A stretch of DNA of 64,000 nt, from contig NC_086105.1 in the NCBI RefSeq assembly GCF_963921235.1, positions 113,894,001 to 113,958,000 on the forward strand, read 5' to 3'. Below are positions 24,300 to 37,172 of this stretch, piece after piece. The notes under the pieces are model-generated. The model was not told the origin of the DNA and ran no database searches. It saw only the letters and a list, made by a program, of their open reading frames with translations. A program made the translations under genes and the position numbers. Each line of letters opens with the position of its first letter. Position 1 is the first letter of the stretch. Source of the DNA: Mobula hypostoma (taxonomy: Eukaryota).

Positions 24300-26400
24300 G
24301 ACAGGGCCAATGTTTCTTCAGATTTAAGAGCAGGGAAATCTCAATGAAATTCAAGAGAATTCTTATTGGGTCTAGCAGGCTGGATGCAGAGATAATGTTT
24401 TCCCTAGATGAAAAGTTTGGAACAAAGGGGTGCCAATCTCAGAATAGCTTTGCATTGAGAGCAGGAGAGATTAGGGAGCTTAAAGTAAAGGAAACCTTAG
24501 GAAACAGTGATCATAATATGATAGAAATCAACCCTGTAGTTTGAGAGGGAGAAGATAATATCTATCTACCAGTATTACAGTGGAGTAAATGGAATTACAG
24601 AGGCATGAGAGAGGAGCTGACCAAAGTTGATTGTAAGGGGATTCTGTCAGGGATTATGGCAGAACAGTGATGGTTGGAGTTTCTGGGGGTGATTTGGAAG
24701 GCACAGGATACATACATCCCAAAGATAAGGAGTATTCCAAAGGGACGATGAGGCAACCATGGCTGATAAGGGAAGTCAGAGGCAGCATTAAAGAAAAAGA
24801 GGGCATATGATATAGCAAAAATTAGTGGATTTGGAATCTTTTAAAGACTAACATAAGGCAACTAAAAAGGCAATAGAGGGAAAAATATTAAATATGAAGG
24901 AAAGCTAGCCAATAACATCAAAGATGATACCAAAAGTTTTTTTTTCAGGTATGTAGAGGATAAGAGAGGCGAGAGATATGGGACCTGATGGAAAATGACG
25001 CTGGAGAGGTAGTAATGGGGGACAAAGAAATAGCAGATTAACTTAAAGAGCATTTTGCATTAGCCTTCACTGTGAGCATGCCAGCAGTATACCAGAAATT
25101 TGAAAGTGTCAGAAGACAGAAGTGAATGTAGTTGCTATTACTAAGGAGAAGATGCTTGGGAAGCTGAAAGGTCTGAAGGTACCCAAGTGACCTGGGCCAG
25201 ATAGAATACACCCGGGTTCTGAAAAAGGTAACTGAAGAGACTGTGGAAGCATTAGTTTGATCTTTCAAGAATCACTAGATTCTGGAATGGTTCTAGTAGA
25301 CTGGAAATTGCAAATATCAGTCTACTCTTTCAGAAGGAAGGCAAAAGAAACCAAATTATAAGCCATTTAGCCTGATATCCAAGGTTGACAAAATGATGGA
25401 ATCCATTATTAAGGATGAGATTTTGGGGTACTTGGAGGCACATGATAAAGTCGGCCAAAATCAGCATGGTTTCCTTCAGGGAAAATCTTGCCTGACAAAT
25501 CTGTTGCAATTCTTTGAGGAAATAACAGGCAGGATAGACAAAGGAGTATTTGTTTATTTTGATTTTCTGAAGGCCTTTGACAAGGTGCCGCACATGAGGC
25601 TGCTCAACAAGATGAGAGTTCATGGCATTACAGGATAGAAGATTGGCTGACGGGCAGGAGGCAAAGGGGATGAAAGGAGGCCTATTCTGGTTGGCTGCCA
25701 TGACTGGTGGTGTTGCACAGAGGTCGGTATTGGGACCACTTCTTTTCACATTATATGTCAACCATTTGGATGGTAGAATTGATAGCTTTGTAACCAAGTT
25801 TACAGATGATACAAAGACAGCTGGCGGGGCAAGTAGTGTTGAGGAAGCAGAGTGTCTGCAGAAGGACTTAGACAGATTGGGAGAATGGTCAAAGAAATTG
25901 CAGATGGAATATCATGTTGAGAAGTGTATGGTCATGCACCTTGATAGAAGGAATAAAGGCATCATTATTTTCTTAACAGGGAGAAAATTCAAAAATCAGA
26001 GGTGCAAAGGAATTTGGAAGTCCTTGTGCAGGATTCCCTAAAGGTTAACTTGTAAGTTGAGTCGGTGGTATGGAAGGCAAATGCAATGTTTGCATTAATT
26101 TTGCAATGACTAGAATATAAAATCAAAGGTGTAATGCTGAGGCAATATAAGGCATTGGTCAGACAGCACTTGGAGCATTGTGAGCAGTTTTGGGCCCCTT
26201 ATCTAAAAGATGTGCTGGCATTGGGGAGAGTGCGGAGGAGGTTCGCAAGAATGATTCTGTGAATGAGAGTGTTAATGTATGAGAAGCTTTTAATAACTTT
26301 GGGCCTGTATTCGCTGGAGTTTAGAAGAATTGGGGTGGGGGGGGGAGATCTCACTAAAACGGATCGAATATTGAAAAGTGTAGATAGAGTGATGCAGAGA
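24300..26400 (+). mobile_element. CR1 LINE ORF2 remnant
   Basis: LGNSDHNMIE (APE end), NQHGFLQGKSCLTNLLQFFEE, DFLKAFDKVPH, SVLGPLLFTLYVN, KFTDDTK. Confidence 0.92.
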
Positions 26401-26409
26401 AAACGTTTC

Positions 26410-26690
26410 CCATGACCATGATTGTTCTTGGCAAATTTTTCTACAGAAGTGGTTTGCCATTTCTCAGCAGCGTTGTTACAAGATGGGTCACCCCACCCAT
26501 TACCAATATTCTTCTGAAATTGTCTGCCTGTGTCAGTGGTCACATCACCAGGACTTGTGATATGAATCAGCTGCTCCCATGGCTTCACGTGACCATGATG
26601 GGGGGTCGTAAGCAGGTGCTACATCTTGCTGGTGGAGGAAAGGAGCGCCTTACACCTCCTTTGGTAGAGATGTATCTCTATCCTGCCACA
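26410..26690 (-). mobile_element. SINE-like element with RTE-type tail
   Basis: Reverse-complement 3' end aatggcaaaccacttctgtagaaaaatttgccaagaacaatcatggtcatgg resembles RTE/BovB-type tails. Confidence 0.5.
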
Positions 26691-26949
26691 TTGCAAGACA
26701 TATTAATAAAAACTATTATTTCAATAAAAAGTACATATATAAAAAAAATACACAAAAAAAAGAGGAAGAACCTACTGAGGAAGTGTTTGTGGGTTCATTA
26801 TCCATTCAGAAACCTGATGGTGAAGGGGAAGAAGCTGTTCCTGAAACAATGAGTGTGTCTTCAAAGGAAGACACTTGGCACAATCATGCTTTCAAATAAT
26901 ATGATGTAAGGTATTTGTTATCTTTATCTGGTGTACCCAGGATTCAGGA

Positions 26950-26952
<3 letters not shown>

Positions 26953-26983
<31 letters not shown>

Positions 26984-26986
26984 ACG

Positions 26987-27018
<32 letters not shown>
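26953..27018. repeat. Self-complementary (TG)14-tacacgtata-(CA)14 microsatellite
   Basis: Read directly; abuts the left TIR of the Tc1 element. Confidence 0.95.
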
Positions 27019-27020
<2 letters not shown>

Positions 27021-27200
27021 GGTGCTAGAACGTTTGTGAATTCTGTAGAATTTTCTGTATTTCTGCATAAATATGATCTTAAATGTGATCAGATCTTCAC
27101 GCAAGTCCCGAGACTAGGTAAAGCGAACATAATTAAATAAATAACACAAAAAAAATTACGTTATTTTATTTATTAAGAAAAATGATCCAATATTACATGT

Positions 27201-29887
27201 TTAATTGGAGTAAGGGGAAATATGAGGCTATCAGGCAGGTACTTGGAAGCAGAAATTGGAAACAGATGTTCTCAGGGGAACGTACAGAAGAAATGTGGCA
27301 AATGTTCAGGGGATATTTGCGTGGGGTTCTGCGTAGGTACGTTCCAATGAGACAGGGAAAGGACGGTAGGGTACAGGAACCGTGGTGTACAAAGGTTGTT
27401 GTAAATCCAGTCAAGAAGAAAAGAAGAGCTTATGAAAGATTCAAAAAAACGAGGTAATGATAAAGATCTAGAAGATTATAAGGCTAGCAGGAAGGAGCTT
27501 AAGAATGAAATTAGGACAGCCAGAAGGGGCCATGAGAAGGCCTTGTCGGACAGGATTAAGGAAAACCCCAAGGCACTCTACAACTATGTGAAGAGCAAGA
27601 GGATAAGACGTGAGAGAATAGGACCAATCAAGTGTGACTGTGGAAAAGTGTATATGGAACCAGAGGAGATAGCAGAGGTACTTAATGAATACTTTGCTTC
27701 AGTATTCACTACAGGAAAGTTTCTTAGCGATTGGAGGGATGACTTGCAGTGGACTGAAAAACTTGAGCGTACAGATATTAAGGAAGAGGATGTGCTGGAG
27801 CTTTTGGAAAGCATCAAGTTGGATAAGTCACTGGAACCGGACAGGATATACCCCAGGCTACTGTGGGAAGCAAGGGAGGAGATTGCTGAGCCTCTGGCGA
27901 TGACCTTTTCATCATCAATGAGGACGTGAGAGGTTCTGGAGAATTGGAGGGTTGCGGATGTTGTTCCCTTGTTCAAGAAAGGGAGTAGTGATAGCCCAGG
28001 AAATTATAGACCAGTGAGTCTTACTTCAGTGGTTGGTAAGTTGATGGAGAAGATCCTGACAGGCAGGATTTATGAACATTTGGAGAGGCATAATATGATT
28101 AGGAATAGTCAGCATGGCTTTGTCAAAGGCAGGTCATGCCTTACAAGCCTGACTGAATTTTTTGAGGATGTGAGTAGACACATTGATGAAGGTACAGCCA
28201 TAGATGTAGTGTATATGGATTTTAGCAAGGCATTTGATAAGGTACCCTATGCAAGGCTTATTGAAAAAATAAAGAGGCATGGGATCCAAGGGAACATTGC
28301 TTTGTGGATCCAGAACTGGCTTGCTCACAGAAGGCAAAGAGTAGCTATAGACGGGTCATATTCTGCATGGAGGCCGGTGACCAGTGGTGTGCCTCAGGGA
28401 TCTGTTTTGGGACCCTACTCTTTGTGATTTTTATAAATGACCTGGATGAGGAAGTGCAGGATAGGTTAGTAATTTGCTGATGACACAATGGTTGGGTGTG
28501 TTGTGAATTGGAGGGCTGTCAGAGGTTACAGCGGGTCACTGATAGGATGCAAAACTGGGCTGAGAAGTGGCAGATGAAGTTCAACTCAGATAAGTGTGTG
28601 GTGGTTCATTTTGGTAGGTCCAATATGATGGCAGAAGATAATATTAATGGTAAGACTCTTGGCAGTGTGGAGGATCAGAGGGATCTTGGGGTCTGAGTCC
28701 ATAAGACACTCAAAGCTGCTACGCAGGTTGACTCTGTGGCTAAGAAGGCATACGGGGCATTGGCCTTCGTGAGATTGAGTTTAAAAGCTGAGCGGTAATG
28801 TTGCAGCTATATAGGACCCTGGTCAGACCCCACTTGGAGTACTGTGCTCAATTCTGGTCGCCTCACTGCAGGAAGGACATGAAAACCATAGAAAGGGTAT
28901 AGAGGAGATTTACAAGGATGTTGCCCGGATTGGGGAGTATGCCTTATGAGGATAGGTTGAGTGAACTCAGCCTTTTCTCCTTGGAGCGACGGAGGATGAG
29001 AGGTGACCTGATAGAGGTGTACAAGATAATGAGAGGCATTGATCGTGTGGATAGACAGAGGCTTTTTCCCAGGGGTGAAATGGCTAGCACGAGAGGGCAT
29101 AATTTTAAGGTGCTTAGAAGTAGGTACAGAGGAGATGTTGGGGTAAGTTTTTTTTTACGCAAAGAGTGGTGAGTGTGTGGAATGGGCTGCTGGTGGCAGT
29201 GGTGGAGGCGGAAACGACAGGGTCTTTTAAGAGACTCCTGGATGGCTACATGGAGCTTAGAAAAATAGAGAGCTATGGGTAAGCCTAGGTACGAGGGGCG
29301 ATTGATAAGTTCGTAGCCTAAGGTAGAAGGAGTCAATTTTAGAAAACCTAGCACATTTATTTTTCAACGTAGTCCCCTCCTACATTTACACACTTAGTCC
29401 AGCGGTCTTGCAGCATACGGATCCCTTCCTTGCAGAAGTCGGCACCTTGGACCTCCAGAAAGTGGTCCACAGCAGGGGTGATTGATAATGCGTGGCCTAA
29501 GGTAGAAGGAGATGAGTTATTAACTTCAAACTTTCTGCATAATCAAAGAGTTGAAGTGCACGTGCATGTAACGAGAGCTGTATAACTCATCTCCTTCTAC
29601 CTTAGGCCACAAACTTATCAATCACCCCTACTGTGGACCACTTTCTGGAGGTCCAAGACTCCGACTTCTACAAAGAAGAGATCCGTATGCTCCATGGCCG
29701 CTGGACTAAGTGTGTAAATGTAGGAGGGGACTATGTTGAAAAATAAATGTGCTAGGTTTTCTAGAATTGACTCCTTCTACCTTAAGCCACGAACTTATCA
29801 ATCACCCCTCGTAGTTCTAAGGTAAGGACACGTTCGGCATAGCTTTGTGGGCCGAAGGGCCTGTATTGCACTGTAGGTTTTCTATGT
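27201..29887 (+). mobile_element. CR1 LINE (5'-truncated, relatively young) inside the Tc1 left TIR
   Basis: PGNYRPVSLTSVVGKLMEKIL, SQHGFVKGRSCLT, YMDFSKAFDKVP, GVPQGSVLGP; 3' tail gtgggccgaagggcctgta...ttctatgt. Confidence 0.95.
29292..29811. mobile_element. Mariner-type palindromic MITE in the CR1 3' UTR
   Basis: TA|CGAGGGGCGATTGATAAGTTCG...CGAACTTATCAATCACCCCTCG|TA; inverted arms of about 230 bp. Confidence 0.92.
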
Positions 29888-30064
29888 ATTTATTGGGAAA
29901 AATATGTGAATCTCTAAGGTAATGCCCTCTGCAAAAGCTATTTGGAGTCAGGTGTTCCAATTAATGAGATGAGATTAGAGGTGTGAGTTGTAGAAGTGCC
30001 CTGCCCTATAAAAAAGACACACTAAGTCAGGTTACTGACAGAGCCTGCTCTTCTCAAGAAAGGT

Positions 30065-32292
30065 AAGACCATAAGACATAGGAGCAGAATTAGCCCACTC
30101 AGCCGATCGAGTCTGCTCCACCATTCCAACATGGCTGATCCCGGGTCCCACTGACCCCATACACCTGCCTTCTCCCCATAACCTTTGCTGCTCTGACCAA
30201 TCAGGAAACTATCAACTTCCACTTTAAATATACCAACGGACTTGGCCTCCATGCAGTCTGCGGCAGAACATTCCACAGATTCACTACTCTCTAGCTAAAA
30301 TAAAATCCTCCTTACCTCTGTTCTAAAAGGTCGCCGCCCCCCCCCTCAATTTTGAGGCTGTGTCCTCTAGTTCTAGATAACCCCACCACAGGAAACATCC
30401 TCTTCACATCCACCTTATCTAGTCCTTTCAATATTCAGTAGGTTTTAATAAGATCCCTGCCCCTGCCCTCTTCTAAATTCCATTAAGTTCAGGCCCAAAG
30501 CTGCCAAACACTCCTTGTATGTTAACCCCTTAATTTCTGGAATCATCCTCATGAACCTCCTCTGGACTCCTTCCAATGACAACATATCCTTTCTGAGATA
30601 CGGAGCCCAAAATTGTTGACATTACTACTCCAAGTGAAGCCTGTCTAGTGTCTTATAAAGACTCAGCATCATCTCCTTGCTTTTATATTCTATTCCCCTT
30701 GAAATAAATGCCACCATTGCATTTGCCTTCTTGTACAAGGACTCCTAAGTCCCTTTGCACACCGATGTTTGAATGTTTTCCCCATTTAGATAATAGTCTG
30801 CACTACTGTTCCTTTTACCAAAATTCATTATCACACATTTCGTAACACTGTCTTCCTTCTGCCACTTGTTTGCCCATTCCTCCAATTTGTCTAAGTCCTG
30901 CTGCAATTGAATTGCTTCTTCCGCATTACCTACCTTTCCACCTATATTTGTATCATCTGCAAACTTTGCCACAAAGCCATCAATTCCATTATCTAAATCA
31001 TTGACAAACAATATGAAAAGTCATGGTCCTAATACTGACCCCTGTGGAACACCACTAATCACCGGCAGCCAACTAGAAAAGACCCCCTTCATTCCCACTT
31101 GCTGCCTCCTGCCTGCCTGTCAGCCATTCCTTTATCCATGCCAGTATCTTTCCTCTAACGCCACAGCATTATATCTTGTTAAGCAGCCTCATGTGTGACA
31201 CTTTATCAAACACTTTCTGAAAATCTAAGTAAATGATATCCACTACCTCTCCTTTGTCCACCCTGCTTTAAGCTTCCTCGAAGAACTCTAACAGATTTGT
31301 CAGGCAAGATTTCTCTTCACAGAAACTATGCTGACTTTGACTTAATTTATCATTAGTTTCCAAGTACCCTGAAACCTCATCCTTACTAATACACTCCAAC
31401 ACTTTCCCAACCACTGAGGTTAGGCTAACTGGCCTATAATTTCCTTTCCTTTGCCTACTTTCATTCTTAGAGTGGAGTGACATTTGCAAGATTCCAGTCC
31501 TCTGGGACAATGCCAGAATCAAGCGATTCTTGAAAGATCATTCATGACCAATGCATCAGTTATCTCTTCAGCAACCTCTCTCAGGACTCTGGAATGTAGT
31601 CCACCTGGTCCAGGTGAGTTATCAACCTTAAGACCCTTCAGTTTACCTAGCAATTTTTCGTTTGTAATAGCAATGGCACTCACTCCTGCACCCTAACACG
31701 CAGAAACCTCTGGCATTTTGCTAGTGTCTTCCACAGTGAAGACTGATGCAAAGTACTCATTGAGTTCATCTGCCATTTCCCCATTACCTCACCAGCATCA
31801 TTTTCCAGTCGTCCAATATCAAATCACCTTTTACTCTTTATATAACTGAAAAAAATACTTAGTATCCTGCTTTATATTATTGGCTAGTTTGCCCTGTTAT
31901 TTCATCTTTTCCCTTCTTATTAATTCTTTAGTTGCCTTTTCTTAGATTTTCAATGCTTTCCAATCATCCAACTTCCCACTCACTTTTGCTACCTTATATG
32001 CCCTTTGCTTGGCTTTTAGGCAGTCCTTAACTTCCCTTGTCAGCCACAGTTGCCAACACCTGCCGTTTGAGAACAACTTCTTCTGTGGGGCACATCTATC
32101 CTGCGCCTTGTGAACTATTCCCAGAAATTTCAGCCACCCTCTGCTCTGCCGACATCCCCACCAGTAATGCCCTCCAGTCCACCTGGGCAAGCTCCTCTCT
32201 CATGCCTCTGTAATTCCCTTTATTCCATTGCAATACAGATACATGTTACTTATGCTTCTCCCTCTCAAATTACAGTACGAATTCAATCACTC
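30065..32292 (-). mobile_element. CR1 LINE remnant inside the Tc1 element
   Basis: GNYRPVSLTSVVGKVLE, KSCLTNLLEFFEE, FVAKFADDT; tail (reverse complement) tcttatggtctta. Confidence 0.93.
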
Positions 32293-32319
32293 TCATGCAA
32301 AGATCTGTTTATGTGCACC

Positions 32320-33330
32320 ATGCCTTGATCAAAACAACATTCAGAGGATCTTAGCAGAATTGTACAGATGCATCAAGCCAGAAAAGGCTACAAAAGCATT
32401 TCTAAAGATGTGAGTGTTCATCAGTCCACAGTAAGAGAAATGGAGGAAACTCCAGAGAACAGTAAGAGAAATGGAGGAGTGGGCATCCTGCAAAGATTAC
32501 ATCAAGAGTGCAACGTGTAATGCTGAAGGATTTGAAAAAGAAACCAAGGGTAACAGTAAAAGACCTCCAGAAATCTCTAAAACTCCCTAAAGTCTCTGTT
32601 CATGTGTCCCCTATAAGATAACCACTGAACAAGAATGTTGTTCATGGAAGGACACCAGGAAGGAAACCACTGCTCTCTAAAAAAAAAATTCTGCATGCCT
32701 CAAGCTTGCAAAAGACCACCTGGATGCTCTACAATGCTTCTGGGACAACGTTCTGTGGACAGATGAGACAAAAGTTGAACTTATTGGCAGAAATGCACAT
32801 TGTTATGTTTGGAGGGAAAATGGCACTGCACACCAACACCAAAACCTCATCCCAACTGTGAAGCATGGTGGAAGGAGCATTACGGTTTGGGGCTGCTTTG
32901 CTACCTCAGGGCCTGGACAGCTTGCAATCACTGAGGGAACAATGAATTCAAAATTGTATGAAGACATTTTAACGGAGAATGTCAGGGTAGCAGTCCGCCA
33001 CCTGAAGCTTAATAGAAGTTGGATAATGCAACGAAACAATGATCCAAAAGACAAGAGTAAATCAACAACAGAATGGTTTAAAAAGAAAAAAAAAAATTGT
33101 GTTTTAGAATAACTGAGTCAGGGTCCTGACCGTAATCCTATAGAAGTGTTGTGGAAGGACCTAAAGCAAGCAGTTCATGCAAGGAAGTCCACCAACATCC
33201 CAGAGTTGAAGCAGTTTTGTAAGGAGGAATGGCTTAAAATTCCTCAAGCTAATGTGCAGGACTGATCAACAGTTACCGGAAACGTTTAGTTGAAGTTGTT
33301 GCTGTACAAGGGGGTTACACCAGTTACTGA
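32320..33330 (+). pseudogene. Tc1 transposase pseudogene
   Basis: VLWTDETKVEL, PTVKHGGRSITVWGCF, WIMQRNND.K, S.GPD.NPIE motifs, with stops and frameshifts. Confidence 0.92.
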
Positions 33331-34289
33331 AAGCAAAGGTTCACATACTTTTTCCAACAAATACATGTAATATTGGATCTTTTTTCTCAATAAATAAATG
33401 AATAAGAATAATGTTTTTATGTTATTTATTTAATTGGGTCTTCTTTATCTAGTTTTAGGACTTATGTGAAGATCTGATCACATTTTAGGTCATATTTATA
33501 CAGAAGAGAAAATTCTACAGGGTTCATAAACTTTCTAGCACCACTGTAGATGAGTTGCGAGGAGACACAAAGGCACTGAAGCTGGGTGTTGGTTCTGAGC
33601 CAAGTAGGCAAATAGGAGGAAAAGAATGAGAACAATCCCCATAGGGAAGCTCACCGAAAAGGTAGATAATATAGTTGGAACATCATGCTTCTCTCTGGAT
33701 CTTGACTATCCAATTTGAGCAAAACAATACCCAAAAAATATCATTACTCTTGTTATCCATTCACTCGTGTAGAGCAGCATCTTGTTTTAATAGATATTGA
33801 AAGGCTGCAAGGGCCAACAGTGTCTACTTCAAGGGCAACTATTTTGTAGGACATCTGAAACCTAGTTGTATAAGCTTCTTCTAACAGTATTCTTTGTAAT
33901 TTAAAAGAGAAATCATTAATGTAATAATCAGTGATGAAGAATTACTACCTACTTCAGTTTTGTTGTTACCAAAGAAGCAAAATACTTTACTTGTACATAC
34001 AGGTACTCCTCAATTTACAAACATTTGATTTACTAATTTTATTGACAATTCTTTGGGATATATATAAATTTGCCACATGAATCCTTTTTTTGCAATAACA
34101 AATGGCACACCACTCTCCATGCATAGGATACATTGTACTGCAATTTCCACAATGCATTTCACTTGTTCTTTCTGATTTACAAAATTACATTTAACAAAGC
34201 GTTTTCCAAAAAGATACTCATGTAAATTGAGGAATCGCTGTAATTGCATTGCCTTGATCAGCTACAATTAAGTACAAAATATATTAGAG

Positions 34290-36360
34290 TCATCAAATAA
34301 TAACAGAATGGAAACAGGTCCTTTACTCAAGTGGTCTATGCTGATCATAGCATCCTTTCTGCTCATCCCATTTCCCTGCATTTGGCCGTAACTCTCCAAG
34401 CCACTCTCCTCCATCTACCTATCCAAATGCCTCTTAAATGTTGCAATTGTACCTGCCCAACAACTTCTTTTGGCATCTTAATCCAAGTACTCATTATCCT
34501 CTGTATAATGCCCTGGTAAAACTTTCACTGCTAATGTTGTAGGATAGTTCATGTAATGGTTTTTCTGTAGAAGCAGTGTTTGGATTATTGTTAGAGATAA
34601 TGGGTGCTTAGGAATGCGGCCCATCCAGTCCGGAGAGAAACTGGGGAAGCGGGATTTTTTGTGCCTGATACCGGTATGAGCCTTTGTCTTTGTTCTGGGC
34701 ATGAAGTCAAGTGCAGCCAAGTGACAAGGGGACCAGAGTCGTCAGGAGGCGAGAGTAATAGACAGGGAGAGGCCTCCCCATATAGATAATAAAGATCCCA
34801 GGAAGTGTCTGAAACTGAAGTAGTAAATGAGGTAAGGAGGTCTCAGAGTCAGGAAACCCCCAGACAGGCTGGCCTACGCGCACCAGGGGAACAGAGTGTT
34901 GTGCCTATCCCCTTAATGACATAAGTTGTTGCCATTTACACATGGATCAGAGGTCCTGACATCACAAGGTTCCTTTGAAACTTTGTGTTATTCCTGAAGG
35001 GGTGATAAATTATCTCGAGGTCATGAGGACATGCCTATTTTTGGTGGTTGGGGGGGGGGAAGAAAGAGTGTAAGAGAGTAAAAGAGATAAAGGTTTCACT
35101 GCCAATGTCGTAGGGTAGTTCATGTAATGGTCTTTTTGTAGAAGCAGTGCTTGGGTTATTGTTAGAAGTGACAGGAGTTTAGGAAATGTGGGCCATCTAA
35201 TCAGGAGAGAAGGCTGGGAAGCGGGTTTTTTTTTGTGCCTGACACTGGTGCGAGCATTTGTCTTTGTTCAACCGGAGAGGAAGAGAGAAGTTCTGGAGAG
35301 AAGCGGTCTTTACTAACTCTTTAGTTAATATTCATAAATATATTTCCTTTAATTATATGCAGTGTGCGGTCTGTTATTTCCTGCCAACGAGCTGTAACAA
35401 GGCAGAATATCACACAGCATTCACACAAACTGGGGCTTGGGTGGGGGAGACATCCCAATCTCATAGATTTAGCAAGACCAGAGTGTGTATACTCTAGATA
35501 TACGAGGCAGGAGAAAGGTGGGTTTCTCGCCGCTGGGTTAGGAGACTGCCAGCGAGGGCTAACAAGCTGTTTACTGAGGTACCCAGGAAGAAAGGGAGTT
35601 CATCTGTATAAAGAAGTTACCTCTCAAGTCCCTTTTAAATCCCTCCCTTCTGTTACAAGTACTGCAACATTATATCTCAACTTCTAAACTTGATGCCCTG
35701 ACTGATGAAGACCAAGATGCTAAACACCATCTTCACCACTCTGTCTGCTTGGAGGGCTGCTTTCGGTAAAATATGTATTTTTTTCCCCATTCTTCCATAA
35801 CATTCATCTATCCCCTTAGTTCCCTGCCATTCACTGTACAAATCCTATTCTGGTTTAACTGTCCAAAATGCATAATTTCATGCTTATCCAAATTGAAATC
35901 CATTTGCTATTTCTTAGTCCATCTCCCTAACTGATCAAGTTTTCTTCGCAATTTATTGTAACCCGCTCACTGTCAAAAAGACCACTTACTTAGTATCTTA
36001 AGTAAACTTGCTAATCATGCCATGTATCTTCATACCCAAAACATTTACATACATAATAAACAGAGGTCCTTACACTGATTGCTGTTGCACCCACTAGTTA
36101 CAGGCCTCCAACTGGAGAATCAACCTTCAACCATCACTCTCTGCTTCTTATCCTCAAGCCAATTCTGCAGCTACCTTGCTAGCTTCCCTTGAATCCTAAC
36201 CTTCCAGATCAGCCTGCTATGTGGGACGATGTCAAGGACCTTTGTAAAGTCCATCTGTACAACACCTACTGCCCAGCCTTCATCTATCCCCTTAGTTACC
36301 TCTTGGAAAAACTCCAAAACATTCATCAGACATGATCGCCAGTACTCAAAACCTTGCTGA
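34290..36360 (-). mobile_element. CR1 remnant split by an LTR insertion (host parts ~34290-34503 and ~35603-36360)
   Basis: Similar to other minus-strand CR1 copies in the window; host sequence is continuous across the insert. Confidence 0.7.
34504..35602 (+). mobile_element. Solo-LTR-like insertion with internal ~175-bp direct repeat
   Basis: Termini TA(TG-like)...CA, 4-bp TSD TCTG at 34500-34503 and 35603-35606; repeat 34523-34694 vs 35094-35270. Confidence 0.65.
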
Positions 36361-36410
36361 TCAGAAATACTCTATTATTTGTTATAAACATCGTATATAG
36401 CAATTTACTA

Positions 36411-36662
<252 letters not shown>

Positions 36663-36887
36663 TCAAATAGAAAATCTATTTTCATCCACAGTCTTCAATA
36701 TATACCTTGCATTCACATTATGATGTAAAATAGTGAATTTGACAATAAGACAGACTGATTTAATCCCAAATGAATATGGCATAATGATTCAAACAAGAGG
36801 AAGTCTGCAGTTGCTGGAATTTCAAGCAACACACACAAAAAATGCTGGTGAACGCAGCAGGCCAGGCAGCATCTATAGGAAGATGTA

Positions 36888-36925
36888 CAGTCGACGTTTC
36901 CGGTCGAGACCCTTCATCAGGACTA
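36888..36925 (-). ncRNA. Minimal type-I hammerhead ribozyme, intact core, sense to FOXK1
   Basis: Reverse complement UAGUC-CUGAUGA-AGGGUCUCGACCG-GAAACGUC^GACUG. Confidence 0.82.
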
Positions 36926-37134
36926 ACTGAAAGAAGAGATAGTAAGAGATTTGAAAGTGGGAGGGGGAGGGGGAGATCCGAAATGATAGGAGAAGACATG
37001 AGGGGGAGGGATAGAGCTGAGAGCTGGAAAGTTGATTGGCCAGGGCTTCCCCCTCCCCCTTTCTTTCTCCCTACACCTTCCATCCCATGAATCCTTTCAT
37101 ATCCCTTTTGTCAATCAACTTCTCTTCTTTCAGT

Positions 37135-37172
37135 TAGACCTGACAAAGGGTCTTGGCCCGAAACATCGACTG
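37135..37172 (+). ncRNA. Degenerate hammerhead (G8A)
   Basis: tagac-ctgacaa-agggtcttggccc-gaaacatc-gactg. Confidence 0.6.

Larger units (their letters stand above)
27017..33546 (+). mobile_element. Tc1-like DNA transposon with ~210-bp TIRs, interrupted by two CR1 insertions
   Basis: Left CAGTGGTGCTAGAA... and right ...TTCTAGCACCACTG followed by TA. Left TIR broken at ~27200 and resumes at ~29888; body resumes at ~32296. Confidence 0.92.
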
